A DNA stretch of 64,000 nt, taken from Desulfurococcales archaeon (GTDB lineage: Archaea; Thermoproteota; Thermoprotei_A; Sulfolobales; Desulfurococcaceae). The notes beneath the pieces are model-generated. The model was not told where the DNA came from. It saw nothing but the letters and a program-made list of their open reading frames with translations, and ran no database searches. Position 1 is the stretch's first letter. Every line of letters begins with the position of its first letter. Positions 18,499 through 28,047 of this stretch are shown here, piece after piece. Made by a program: the position numbers and the translations under genes. The stretch is from the NCBI GenBank assembly GCA_027022365.1, contig JALVYU010000026.1, positions 320,001 to 384,000 on the forward strand, read 5' to 3'.

Positions 18499-18777
18499 CT
18501 ACTTAATCATATTCTTTAACCTATCTTCCGGTCTAGCTAAAATCTGAGACCCCCTAATTATTACTTTCTCTCCCGTTGGGAGAGTTATTTCGAATACTCC
18601 CTTTTGTTTAAGTAAACGTATTATGTGTTTTTTAGATGTTTCTATCAATAGGGTCTTACGTGTTTCATCGATTATTCTTCCACTCAGGCCTACCAGATTA
18701 GGATCAGGATAGTCGAGAACAATTATTTTTAGACCGATTAGTTCGTGAAAATATATGTTCTTCCTTGTTATCTTCAT
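18499..18777 (-). CDS. rnp1: RNase P protein Rpp29/Pop4
   Basis: HELIGL...G.IIDET...RPEDR; canonical position. Confidence 0.9.
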   Translation of the reverse strand: MKITRKNIYFHELIGLKIIVLDYPDPNLVGLSGRIIDETRKTLLIETSKKHIIRLLKQKGVFEITLPTGEKVIIRGSQILARPEDRLKNMIK

Positions 18778-18793
18778 TTCTAAAAACTTCTAG

Positions 18794-18994
18794 TTACCTC
18801 TTGATCCCAAGTTCTTCTTCACGCATTATGGTTAGTATACGGGCGATATCCCTCCTAATATTCCTTATACGAGACGTATTGGTTAGTGTACCAACTTTTG
18901 ATTGAAGTCTCAGCTTTATCAGTTCTAGTCTGAGTTCATTAAGTCTACGTAGTCTTTCTTCAGGACTCATCCTCCTTATCTCGTCAGGCTTCAT
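18794..18994 (-). CDS. rpl29: 50S ribosomal protein L29
   Basis: EIRRMS...[13 protein letters not shown]. Confidence 0.95.
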   Translation of the reverse strand: MKPDEIRRMSPEERLRRLNELRLELIKLRLQSKVGTLTNTSRIRNIRRDIARILTIMREEELGIKR

Positions 18995-19667
18995 TCACTT
19001 CTTCACCTCCCACACTGCTTTCCTCAGAGCCCTGAGGCTTTAATGTCTCGAGATCTTCTGGCTTTACATTCTTTATCTCAATATAGTCTGGAGGTCTAAC
19101 ATTTGGTTTGACTATAACAACCTCTATACCATATACACCGCGCTTTAGTAATGCCTTGCCTACAGCTCTATCAACCATGTACTCGACGACTTCACCCGCC
19201 TTATAGATCCTTCCGGCCTTCAGTTTCTCGTAGCGGGCTCTCTCGCTTCTAAGTTTACCACTGATTATTATCTCGGCGCCTACAGCACCTGCTTCCATTA
19301 CTCTTCTCAACATTGCAAGAGCTACTCTACGATAAGGTATCTCTTTCTCAAGGGCACGAACTATCCTGAAAGCGACGACACGTGCATTTAGATCTGGATC
19401 AGGTACTGATGATACGGTGATATCGGTATTTTCTAGCCCGAATCTTGTCTGGAATACTGTGGTTAGCTTTCGAATAACGCTGCCTCTCCTACCTATTATT
19501 CTTCCCGGGTACTCCGCGTATATCACTACCCTGTATCCAGTAGGGGTCTTATACAGTTCTACGCCCGCATAGCCAGCATCCTTGAAGTAATTAGCGAGGA
19601 ATTCATCCAGCATAACACGCTTCATGCTATAATCTATAAAATATGATTTTACACGTGGTCCTGTCAC
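18984..19667 (-). CDS. rps3: 30S ribosomal protein S3
   Basis: [11 protein letters not shown] motif, [16 protein letters not shown]. Confidence 0.96.
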   Translation of the reverse strand: MTGPRVKSYFIDYSMKRVMLDEFLANYFKDAGYAGVELYKTPTGYRVVIYAEYPGRIIGRRGSVIRKLTTVFQTRFGLENTDITVSSVPDPDLNARVVAFRIVRALEKEIPYRRVALAMLRRVMEAGAVGAEIIISGKLRSERARYEKLKAGRIYKAGEVVEYMVDRAVGKALLKRGVYGIEVVIVKPNVRPPDYIEIKNVKPEDLETLKPQGSEESSVGGEEVNEA

Positions 19668-20143
19668 TTCTTACCAACCTCCTTAACCACGACTTCAACA
19701 TGAGATGTTCTCTGATATTTAGGGGTGGCACGGCCGAAGGCTCTAGGCATGTATCTCTTAAGCGTTATACCCTTATGCGCCGCAATATGGACGATTACGA
19801 GGTTGTCCTTATTCAAGCCCTTGTTCTCCGCGTTTGCCTCAACATTGTCTAGAAGCTTTAAGAGATAACGTGCTGCCTTAACCGGGTATCTACCGATAGG
19901 CCACTTCCATTTATCAGCTAGTCCTCTTCTATGTGCTTGTTTACCCTTGTATCTCTTGAGGGGAACAGCTTCCTTTTTCTCAATTACTCGCTTGAGGAAC
20001 TCCTTAGCCTCGCTTAGCTTCATACCTCTTAGGACAGCGGTTACTTCTCTCATAACCTTTATAGAAACAGGTATGTCGAACTGCACGGCTTTGGCAATGT
20101 TCGACTCGTCCCTTACTTTGTAGGAGTAATGCCAAGTAGGCAT
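19664..20143 (-). CDS. rpl22: 50S ribosomal protein L22
   Basis: GRYPVKAA...PRAFGRATP. Confidence 0.96.
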   Translation of the reverse strand: MPTWHYSYKVRDESNIAKAVQFDIPVSIKVMREVTAVLRGMKLSEAKEFLKRVIEKKEAVPLKRYKGKQAHRRGLADKWKWPIGRYPVKAARYLLKLLDNVEANAENKGLNKDNLVIVHIAAHKGITLKRYMPRAFGRATPKYQRTSHVEVVVKEVGKK

Positions 20144-20156
20144 ACCTGTTCACCCC

Positions 20157-20597
20157 TTACTTGAGCGATACATACATACTGCTCCTCGTGGCCTTCAGAC
20201 CTGGTTCTCCATGTGCTACTCTCTTCGTTGTTGGGCTGAATTCTCCGAGATAATGCCCTATCATTTCCGGGATAATCCTTACAGGAATGAATTCCTTGCC
20301 GTTATATACGGCGATCGTTAAGCCCACCATTTCCGGGAGTATTATCATGTCCCTTACATGCGTCTTAATTATCGCTTTCTTCCCGGTAAGCTTCTTCGCC
20401 CGCACCTTCCTTATCTTAGCCAGCAATTTCACCTGCGCCTTAGTTAGTCCTCGTTTAAGACTACGCCTCTGTCTCGCGGGGAATAACTCTATCAGCTCAT
20501 CCAGCGGCATGTTCAGCAGTTCCTCGAGCGTCTTACCCCTGTATCTGAATTTCTTCCACTCTGGCGGTATCTCTATCTCTATCGCCAAATTATCCAC
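20157..20597 (-). CDS. rps19: 30S ribosomal protein S19 (uS19)
   Basis: [11 protein letters not shown]...[15 protein letters not shown]...GHYLGEF. Confidence 0.96.
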   Translation of the reverse strand: MDNLAIEIEIPPEWKKFRYRGKTLEELLNMPLDELIELFPARQRRSLKRGLTKAQVKLLAKIRKVRAKKLTGKKAIIKTHVRDMIILPEMVGLTIAVYNGKEFIPVRIIPEMIGHYLGEFSPTTKRVAHGEPGLKATRSSMYVSLK

Positions 20598-20642
20598 CTC
20601 TGGTAAGCATAGACATTGTATCTCGCTATTTATATTGTACTC

Positions 20643-22610
20643 TTAACCTCTAACATGGATAAGTTTATCCCGTATTTTAAGGTTTAGTTTCTTCCCCAAA
20701 AGCTTGGGCAGTTCTTCAGGTGAGCCAACACACACTACCTCGACGCCCCGCGATGATAGCTCAAAAGCTACATCCTCCCGGTGAAACGGGGGAACAAAAA
20801 CTATGATTCTTCTACCTATTTTGTTGGCTCGTTCGATAACTTCAACAGGATCTTTATAATCGACCGTCTGCTCTAGATCTGTAAACAAAACAATACTGTC
20901 ACCAGGCTTTGATACCTCTATCGCACGTTCAACAGCGAGCGCAATATTGGTATATCCTCTAAATCCTTCTAGGAAAACATGGTTTAGAAAACGGCTCATC
21001 AATGAAATGGGTGAGTAGCGTCCTACCTTGTATATCCTTATTCTATCAGAAAACAATATACAATATCTTAGTAGGGGGAAGACTGTGCCAAGTGATAACA
21101 ATGCCCAGATTGAATGTTTTAGCATAGATCCGCTTACATCGATTAATGCTGTGAGACGCTGTATTCTTTTCCTATCCTTTCTCGCGATAACGTAGTTGTA
21201 TCTTATATAATTGTAGAGTGTTTTTCTGACATTGAGTTTACCTGAATAGATTGACTCGATGTACTTCTTAGACTTTGTATCTCCTCTGACGATTTTCATT
21301 AATATTTTTCTGCTAAGTATAATCGCTCTCCTTAATACGTCATCGCTTATCTGTCTCTCTGTTCTTATCAAATCAAAAATCCTGTATCCGATATACTCTA
21401 TAGCATCCGAAGCCCTACTAGACAAGAACTTTATAATATTCCTTTTATCCTGTTTTAATAATGATTCATACAAAGGCATTAATTCGGATGATAGATTATG
21501 TGGTTCGATCTTATCTAGAAACATAAATGAATAGTCTATGTAGGCCGGATTACCCGTTATTAGATAATCCATATATGCAGCGAGCGCTTTTCCGAGAAAG
21601 GCCTTACTTTTTAACGAGCTATTCCTTATTTTTCCCGGACTACTGATCGATGACAACGTAAATAAATCGAGGCGAGCGAGAACCTCCTCAAGACCCGCAT
21701 TCCTGTATATTTTTGATGCGATCCTCATACGCTCATGTATGGGTAGTTTTTGAATATCCTTTGCGATCTTATCGGCGTCATCGTCCCTGATCTTCTTCCT
21801 TAGATATTCAAGGGTATAGGGACCAAGATAACTATCATGTGCTAATCTTGTTTTCTCAGCGATCTGACCGAGCTTCCTCCAAGAATTTGGCGAGGAAATT
21901 ATGCCTTCATTAATTCTTTTCCTAAGCTCGGCTCTTATCGTCTTATCTATTCGTACATTATGCCCGTAGTAGAGATCCGTAAATCTCAGTAGTTTTTCTA
22001 TGCTCATTCGAGAGAGCATATTCTGATCTATTATTTTTGACCAAAGTGCACTAGGAATTTCTTTCAGATACTTGAACAAGTCTTGTAGCTTTATTTCTCT
22101 TTTAAACATACCATCGAGTTTCTCGGAATAAATCGACTTATCGACTATTAGTCGTCCGTCCCTAGACCTTACTAGATATCCATGTTTTCTCAACCATATA
22201 TAATCAAGAATGTCCACTGAAGAACTATTCTTCCTAAAAATCCATGAAACTGTTGTCTTCCTCTTTCTAAAGAGTCTTTTCAGGATAGTCATTTCCCCAT
22301 CATATACTATCTTTTCTTCCACTCCATGATTTGTAGCTGGGTATTTCGATGATATCTTATTGTCCCCAAAAACCGAATTGTAGAGCTCGTCGAGTAAGTC
22401 GTTATATTCCTTTCTTGCACCAGTTAAAGCTTTAAGAGTTGTACATAGTTCTATAAATGCGATCTCTTTATCCACGGAAACAGACTCGGTTGATTTCCTA
22501 CTGATCAGATATTCATAGCATCTCTGAAGATTTTCCCGGATCCTGTTATCCAGCACGGATAAGTTTAAAGCATTCATTTTATCTGAGTAGCTCTTCGACA
22601 ACGTTCTCAT
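20643..22610 (-). CDS. vWA-domain protein (MoxR partner)
   Basis: C-terminal MIDAS LIDVSGSM...GYTNIALA...VLFTD. Confidence 0.85.
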   Translation of the reverse strand: MRTLSKSYSDKMNALNLSVLDNRIRENLQRCYEYLISRKSTESVSVDKEIAFIELCTTLKALTGARKEYNDLLDELYNSVFGDNKISSKYPATNHGVEEKIVYDGEMTILKRLFRKRKTTVSWIFRKNSSSVDILDYIWLRKHGYLVRSRDGRLIVDKSIYSEKLDGMFKREIKLQDLFKYLKEIPSALWSKIIDQNMLSRMSIEKLLRFTDLYYGHNVRIDKTIRAELRKRINEGIISSPNSWRKLGQIAEKTRLAHDSYLGPYTLEYLRKKIRDDDADKIAKDIQKLPIHERMRIASKIYRNAGLEEVLARLDLFTLSSISSPGKIRNSSLKSKAFLGKALAAYMDYLITGNPAYIDYSFMFLDKIEPHNLSSELMPLYESLLKQDKRNIIKFLSSRASDAIEYIGYRIFDLIRTERQISDDVLRRAIILSRKILMKIVRGDTKSKKYIESIYSGKLNVRKTLYNYIRYNYVIARKDRKRIQRLTALIDVSGSMLKHSIWALLSLGTVFPLLRYCILFSDRIRIYKVGRYSPISLMSRFLNHVFLEGFRGYTNIALAVERAIEVSKPGDSIVLFTDLEQTVDYKDPVEVIERANKIGRRIIVFVPPFHREDVAFELSSRGVEVVCVGSPEELPKLLGKKLNLKIRDKLIHVRG

Positions 22611-23520
22611 CCTCAGGATCTTTTAGCAACACTGATCTACCGGCTTCCAGAAGATCATGCTTGTCTGCTTTCATCTTATTCTTAGCCTTGGCGAGCATAG
22701 CGGTAATAGTTAGCCACGACACTAAATCAGCTGTTCCAGGTTTATAGACTGCTCTCCGTCGAAGCTCCTTAACTACTCTTATTGCCTTAGATATAAGTTC
22801 ATCTGTTATGTACCTTGCTAATCCGCCGAGCCTTAGCATTATAATGTTATACTCCTCCTCAGGGGTAGGATATCTAAACTCTATCCTGATGAGGCGCCTC
22901 ATGAACGCATCACTTAACTCGTTCTGAGCAATGTCTAAGGGGTTGCTCGTCATTATTATTTGGAAGCCGTCACCACGCTGATAATAGGTTTTCCGAAGCT
23001 CTGGTACAATTATGCGTCTCTTATCAATAATATCTAGTAATAGGTTTTGGAAGCCTTCATTGCTTCTCCTTATCTCATCTATGAGTACACCGGTGTCAAG
23101 TATAAGTGCGGCCAGTAATGGGCGTGGAATAAAGCTTTCCTCGTTGAACCCTTTGGCCATCGCTATTGCTGGGTGAAAATCCCCTATAACTCTATATTCA
23201 TCATAGCTCTCGCTACATGGGAGGACAAACGCAGATTTTCCAGCCCAGAGCGATAATATTGCTTCTCCGATCTCGGTCTTCCCGGTCCCCGGGGGTCCTT
23301 CATAGAGTACCGGCCTATTATTCATGAAAGCAGCAATCGTTAAGTAAACTATATACGGTTTTACGATCAGCTTATACGTTTCTCTTAGGTATTTTATTAT
23401 TAAATCTGGTGAACGTACTTTCGGTACTTTCTTGATCACTGGGTCATAAATCTCTTTAACCTTAACAATTATTGGATCTTCATCCACTTCTGACCCCAGA
23501 GAATTAGAGGCTTTAAGCAT
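22579..23520 (-). CDS. MoxR-family AAA+ ATPase
   Basis: LYEGPPGTGKT, VLIDEI, IMTSNP, LSDAFMRR. Confidence 0.9.
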   Translation of the reverse strand: MLKASNSLGSEVDEDPIIVKVKEIYDPVIKKVPKVRSPDLIIKYLRETYKLIVKPYIVYLTIAAFMNNRPVLYEGPPGTGKTEIGEAILSLWAGKSAFVLPCSESYDEYRVIGDFHPAIAMAKGFNEESFIPRPLLAALILDTGVLIDEIRRSNEGFQNLLLDIIDKRRIIVPELRKTYYQRGDGFQIIMTSNPLDIAQNELSDAFMRRLIRIEFRYPTPEEEYNIIMLRLGGLARYITDELISKAIRVVKELRRRAVYKPGTADLVSWLTITAMLAKAKNKMKADKHDLLEAGRSVLLKDPEDENVVEELLR

Positions 23521-23559
23521 CTATTATAGACAACGGATAATCAAATATGTGGTGAAATA

Positions 23560-23910
23560 ATGCTAGTTATAAAGAAATGCTTCACTATTGAGGGTAGCGA
23601 CACCGTATGGGTTGAGTTGGTGTGCAGCGATAAAGGTTTATCTATAAGGGTTATAGGGCGCGAACCACTATATCGTTCTCGACGCTTATCAAGAACTTTT
23701 GACAAATACATTAAAAGACTGGTGGGTTCTAGGGGTACTGCTTTAGAGGAGCGTGTATTGACCGGTAATCCTGTGATTGCTGGGTATAAGCGTTTGGAGG
23801 ATAAACTGTACATTATTCTTGAGATAAGCTCTACACGGCTATACGTACCGGTGGAGAAAGAGAAACTTGTTAGGCGATGTATTAAAATGTTATACAGCAG
23901 ACAGAGCTAG
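23560..23910 (+). CDS. hypothetical protein
   Basis: 116-aa ORF with GGTGA SD, on the strand opposite the cluster. Confidence 0.6.
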   Translation: MLVIKKCFTIEGSDTVWVELVCSDKGLSIRVIGREPLYRSRRLSRTFDKYIKRLVGSRGTALEERVLTGNPVIAGYKRLEDKLYIILEISSTRLYVPVEKEKLVRRCIKMLYSRQS

Positions 23911-23956
23911 TACATTGTGTTAAATTAAATAGTTTGATTATTCAGTAAAATACGTG

Positions 23957-24676
23957 TCAGCCTTTCCTTCTACCCGTTCTTCTTGCAGCGATATGTCCTA
24001 CCTTCCTACCTGGAGGCGTCTCTCTCGCAACTGTTGATGGTTTGCCTACGTGCTGGTGGCTACCACCACCGTGCGGATGGCTGACAGCATTCATTGCAAC
24101 TCCACGTACTTTGGGCCATTTGTGAGCTTTTGCCTTCCACTTGTAATACGAGTTGCCTGCTTTGAGGAGTGGTTTCTCTGTTCTTCCGCCGCCTGCTATT
24201 ACGCCTATTGTTGCCCTAGCAGTATTTGGTACCTCTATGATCTTGCCGCTGGGTAATTGGACATGTGTTTTGGCTCCAGCTCTTCCAACAATAAGTGCAT
24301 AAGCACCGGACGATCTGACAAATTTTCCGCCATCACCAGGCCTCTTCTCTATGTTGCATACCTGTGTTCCTTCTGGTATATTTCCTATAGGCAGTATGTT
24401 GCCGTTAGCTATCTTTGCATGCGGGCCTATCTCAATGATCTGGCCAACATATAGGCCTTCAACAGCAGGTGTTAGGAACTCTGCGCCGTTCTCTAGAACT
24501 ATTTTTGCGAGGGGGACCCATCTGCCAGGATCATGTATGAGATCTAGTACTTTACCCTTCATTGTCTTATCGGTTACGAGGGGTGGATATTTAGCAGGTC
24601 CCTTCTTTAGGTGCTTAGGGCTCCTGAAGGTCGGTGAACCGCGTCCCATGCGCTGAGGAAGTATACGCTTACCCAT
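23957..24676 (-). CDS. rpl2: 50S ribosomal protein L2
   Basis: HDPGR...WPKVRGVAMNAVSHPHGGG. Confidence 0.97.
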   Translation of the reverse strand: MGKRILPQRMGRGSPTFRSPKHLKKGPAKYPPLVTDKTMKGKVLDLIHDPGRWVPLAKIVLENGAEFLTPAVEGLYVGQIIEIGPHAKIANGNILPIGNIPEGTQVCNIEKRPGDGGKFVRSSGAYALIVGRAGAKTHVQLPSGKIIEVPNTARATIGVIAGGGRTEKPLLKAGNSYYKWKAKAHKWPKVRGVAMNAVSHPHGGGSHQHVGKPSTVARETPPGRKVGHIAARRTGRRKG

Positions 24677-24687
24677 ACATGTTCACC

Positions 24688-24963
24688 TCATATTAGGCCT
24701 AGCTGTGATGCGACCTCACTTGCCTTATACTCAGGGGTTAGTCTAACGTAAGCTTTTTTCTCGCCACGTGGCGTTATCAGTGTTCGCACCTTCTCTACTT
24801 TAACGCCAAATATTAGTTCTACGGCGCGCTTTATGTCGGGCTTGGTTGCTGTCCTATCTACTATGAATGTCAGTGTGTTTTCTTTATCTATGAGTGTTAA
24901 TGCCTTCTCGCTATGTACGGGCCTGATTATTATCTTGTATAATCTGGCTTCATCACTGGTCAT
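24688..24963 (-). CDS. rpl23: 50S ribosomal protein L23
   Basis: SEKA...NTLTFIVD...EKKAYVRL. Confidence 0.96.
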   Translation of the reverse strand: MTSDEARLYKIIIRPVHSEKALTLIDKENTLTFIVDRTATKPDIKRAVELIFGVKVEKVRTLITPRGEKKAYVRLTPEYKASEVASQLGLI

Positions 24964-25775
24964 AGCAGTTTCACCTCATATTTAGTGGCTATGTCTTGGA
25001 GGGCTGATAAACTGTAAACGGTTAGTCTTCCTGGCTCACCGCCTGGAGCTAGATGGAGTATGCCGAGGTTGTTCGGAGTAGCTATATCCACGCCCGGGAA
25101 GTTCCTAACAGCACGTGCTAGTGGTACGTCATAGCTGGTTAGCACAAATAATATGCTTCTAGGCTCCACATATTTTCTTCCTCTCATCTTTCCTCTCCCA
25201 GTCCTGATCCTTATCCGCTCATAACTCCTCTCGATGTCCTGCCAAACACCAATTGTTTTCAAGAACACCCTTGCCTCTTTCGCTGTCTTGACGTCTTTCT
25301 CAACATCGTCATCAATGATTATTGGTAGCTTATCTCTCGAGAAAACATGTCCACGAGCCCTCACGATCTCGGGCACAGAGGTTGCAGCGATAGCCGAAGC
25401 TGTAGCCAAGGCTTTTTCTCTCTTATTTATCCTTTCATGGAGTTTCTCGTCCGGACGAGGCGGGAATGCTGCGTGGCCTCCCCTAGCAAATACTACGAAG
25501 GCTGCACGGCCATTGGGAAGTCTTGGGACTCTCGCAATACCTCTACCTACTCCGAAGCTTCTGGCTGTTGTTCTCCTACCAGCCATCGGGTCTCTGCCCT
25601 TGGGCTGGAGCATAGCGGTGAATGCGGATAGGTACGCTCTCCTTATAAGGTCTCTTCTTATCGGCAGGCTGAAGATTATGGGTAGATCGATGGTTCTCAC
25701 TGTTTTTCCGTCTATGCCTATAACTTCTCCCGTCTTAGACTCGAGCTTGTAGGGTACCAGGATCGACCAGGTCAT
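24960..25775 (-). CDS. rpl4: 50S ribosomal protein L4
   Basis: [23 protein letters not shown]...[10 protein letters not shown]. Confidence 0.96.
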   Translation of the reverse strand: MTWSILVPYKLESKTGEVIGIDGKTVRTIDLPIIFSLPIRRDLIRRAYLSAFTAMLQPKGRDPMAGRRTTARSFGVGRGIARVPRLPNGRAAFVVFARGGHAAFPPRPDEKLHERINKREKALATASAIAATSVPEIVRARGHVFSRDKLPIIIDDDVEKDVKTAKEARVFLKTIGVWQDIERSYERIRIRTGRGKMRGRKYVEPRSILFVLTSYDVPLARAVRNFPGVDIATPNNLGILHLAPGGEPGRLTVYSLSALQDIATKYEVKLL

Positions 25776-25777
25776 GT

Positions 25778-26914
25778 TTATACACCTTGTTTGCTCTCGT
25801 GGCTAACGTAGATAATCTCCGGGGCTGCTTCAGGCTTCCACTCCGGAGGCCTTATCGGTTCACGGAGCACGAGTAGCCTCTTTCTAACGCCTATGACGCT
25901 TCCATGAAGCATGAGGTAGGGTCCGAAGACGAGCCCGTATCCAAGGAATCCTCCTTTAGGCGTGATCTCCCAGCCGTTCTTTCCTATCTTTATTATTCGT
26001 TTGTTGTACTCTGTTCTCCTATGGAATCCCATTTGTCCTGCCTGAGGTGTCTCACTCATTGTTCCGAATCCTGGGCTTCTAGAGCCTATTTTTCTGCTCC
26101 CTTTTCTATGCTTATGCCATCTGGGTAGTTCCTTGACGCCAAATCTCTTGACAACACCCTGGAATCCCTTACCCTTAGTTACACCTATGACGTCGATGAA
26201 TTGTCCTTCTCTAAACACATCCCATACAGCAACGTATTTGCCAAGGAGCCCCGCAGCATAATCTAGTTGTTCCTCGACACTTGTTCCACCGCCGATCTTT
26301 ATTTCGACTATCTCTGGCTTCTTCTTACCGATCCCCGAGAGTACTGGTATGGTGGACGCTATGACGCGGATCTCATCGGGGTCGCTGGCCTTGATCTTGG
26401 CTATTTTTTCTTCATGATACTTCACAACGAATTTGTAACCGCCATTCTCGGGTTTAACGAGTCCGGGATTAACTTTTCTAAGTCCGCGAAGATATTTACG
26501 GGTCAACTCCTCGGGGGTCATCTCGATGAATGGGTTGTCCTTGTAGATCTCATCTAGAAGCGTTGTTAATGATTCTGTCGGGTCTTTCCAGACCTCGCCT
26601 ATCGAGAGCAGCCCTGACATTGGGAATCGCTTATATGCTCTTATTCCGAGTACAAGCATTGGCGGTGCATCAAGTATTGTTACTGGTACGAATATCTCTT
26701 TGCCAGTAGTGTCTCTATTAGGCCTGTCATCGATGACCAGTATATGGGTCATTCCAGCCTTGTAAGCAGCATATCCTAATAATTTCGGCTTATCTAGAAC
26801 GATCTCAGGCCAACTCCTGACACGTGGCACTATCTTGCTTGCACGCTTACGTGGTCTTACCCCAAGGCTTCCATGTCTTGGCGCACTGTGTTTTCTATGG
26901 CCCATCGTCTTCAC
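25778..26914 (-). CDS. rpl3: 50S ribosomal protein L3
   Basis: [43 protein letters not shown]. Confidence 0.97.
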   Translation of the reverse strand: MKTMGHRKHSAPRHGSLGVRPRKRASKIVPRVRSWPEIVLDKPKLLGYAAYKAGMTHILVIDDRPNRDTTGKEIFVPVTILDAPPMLVLGIRAYKRFPMSGLLSIGEVWKDPTESLTTLLDEIYKDNPFIEMTPEELTRKYLRGLRKVNPGLVKPENGGYKFVVKYHEEKIAKIKASDPDEIRVIASTIPVLSGIGKKKPEIVEIKIGGGTSVEEQLDYAAGLLGKYVAVWDVFREGQFIDVIGVTKGKGFQGVVKRFGVKELPRWHKHRKGSRKIGSRSPGFGTMSETPQAGQMGFHRRTEYNKRIIKIGKNGWEITPKGGFLGYGLVFGPYLMLHGSVIGVRKRLLVLREPIRPPEWKPEAAPEIIYVSHESKQGV

Positions 26915-26959
26915 CTGCCATGCCGGACTATCTTACAATACTTAGGGTATTATAAAACC

Positions 26960-27799
26960 TCACTTCCGGATTAATAAATTAATCAGCCCTAGGGTTATTA
27001 TGAGTGCCTCTTCTGTTCTTATAGTTTTCACGTGTTGTCCCGGTACAGTATTCCATATGTATTTTATTCTGTCTTCTAGTTCCCAGCCTTCATTCTCAGC
27101 GATCTCATATAGTCCTCCATACGGAGAACCGAATAAGACAAGCAGTCTACTCTTATTGAACAAGGCTCTCCTTATATCTTCGGCTTTAGGGATAACGCCA
27201 TACTTACTTGTAGCAATTATACATGTGCTTGTGCCTTGTTTTCTCTCTATAATGTTCTTAAGTGAACGCTCAAAATCTATAGAAGGGCCTAAATAAACAT
27301 TGGGGTCATATTTATCAATATATTTACCAATAAGCCTATATGTGTCAATTATTCTAACTAATCCCAAGCCCTCACGTATATTCGATTCATTATCTATGAT
27401 CAGGACTTCTTTCTTTAATCCACAATCAGCTGTAAACTTATCATTTCTCCTACGAATTAAACAAACACGTATCTCGTTAGGCCTAGGTTTCATTGATACA
27501 TCATATATATTCAGTCTTAGAGGGGGGAGAGCTCCTACAAACTTTAGGTCTTTGTCGAGAGGCATTAGTTTTTTACGGAGGTATGGGGGGATAATTAAGT
27601 AGTTATGTATCTTCTTTATTAGAGATTTAATCTTCTTATCTATAGTTCGTGGAATAAAACTATCGTAATATATAATAATTTTCTTAGTCCCGAAGATCGA
27701 TGCATACCTGATTATTTGATAAATTTTTAATGTACGGAGTAAAAGACCGTGTTCTATAGAAACAACACTTGATGGCAGAGCTATTTCAAAAGAAAACAT
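26960..27799 (-). CDS. SPOUT RNA methyltransferase (DUF171 family)
   Basis: PPYLRKKL...GALPPL...LFGSPYGGL...NTVPGQ..TIRTEEA. Confidence 0.88.
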   Translation of the reverse strand: MFSFEIALPSSVVSIEHGLLLRTLKIYQIIRYASIFGTKKIIIYYDSFIPRTIDKKIKSLIKKIHNYLIIPPYLRKKLMPLDKDLKFVGALPPLRLNIYDVSMKPRPNEIRVCLIRRRNDKFTADCGLKKEVLIIDNESNIREGLGLVRIIDTYRLIGKYIDKYDPNVYLGPSIDFERSLKNIIERKQGTSTCIIATSKYGVIPKAEDIRRALFNKSRLLVLFGSPYGGLYEIAENEGWELEDRIKYIWNTVPGQHVKTIRTEEALIITLGLINLLIRK

Positions 27800-27909
27800 T
27801 ATTTCCTCCTTTGTTTGCCCGTCTTCTTCGACTTAGCTAGTTCCCTACTCATCCTTTCAGTGGTCTTTTCCTTGGTCATAAACAGACTTGTACGCTGTCT
27901 ACCACCCAT
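27799..27909 (-). CDS. 36-aa basic small protein (not in the ORF track)
   Basis: MGGRQRTSLFMTKEKTTERMSRELAKSKKTGKQRRK*; GAGGTGG SD; TTTATAAA box at about 27962-27970; TAATG stop/start overlap with the SPOUT gene. Confidence 0.7.
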   Translation of the reverse strand: MGGRQRTSLFMTKEKTTERMSRELAKSKKTGKQRRK

Positions 27910-27985
27910 ACCTTTCCACCTCTGCTTTAATGTAGTTCAATGGAGTTTTCTAGGAAGTCTCTTTATAAAATATTTCCTGCTGTGC

Positions 27986-28040
27986 TCAGATACGACCGCA
28001 GTCCCCATCTTTTTCTTCGGTAAAGCCCGCCTCACATCAT
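27986..28040 (-). ncRNA. box C/D sRNA candidate, both guides antisense to 16S rRNA
   Basis: ATGATGT-GAGGCGGGCTTTA-CCGA...AAGATGG-GGACTGCGGTCGTAT-CTGA; the guides pair with the recalled 16S segment AAGCCCGCC...UACGGCCGCA. Confidence 0.75.
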
Positions 28041-28047
28041 CGCCTTT

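Noticed and set aside
8347-27602. Numerous plus-strand ORFs of 60-170 aa opposite the ribosomal-protein genes
   Set aside because: Antisense shadows of well-conserved genes, with no motifs or SD support.
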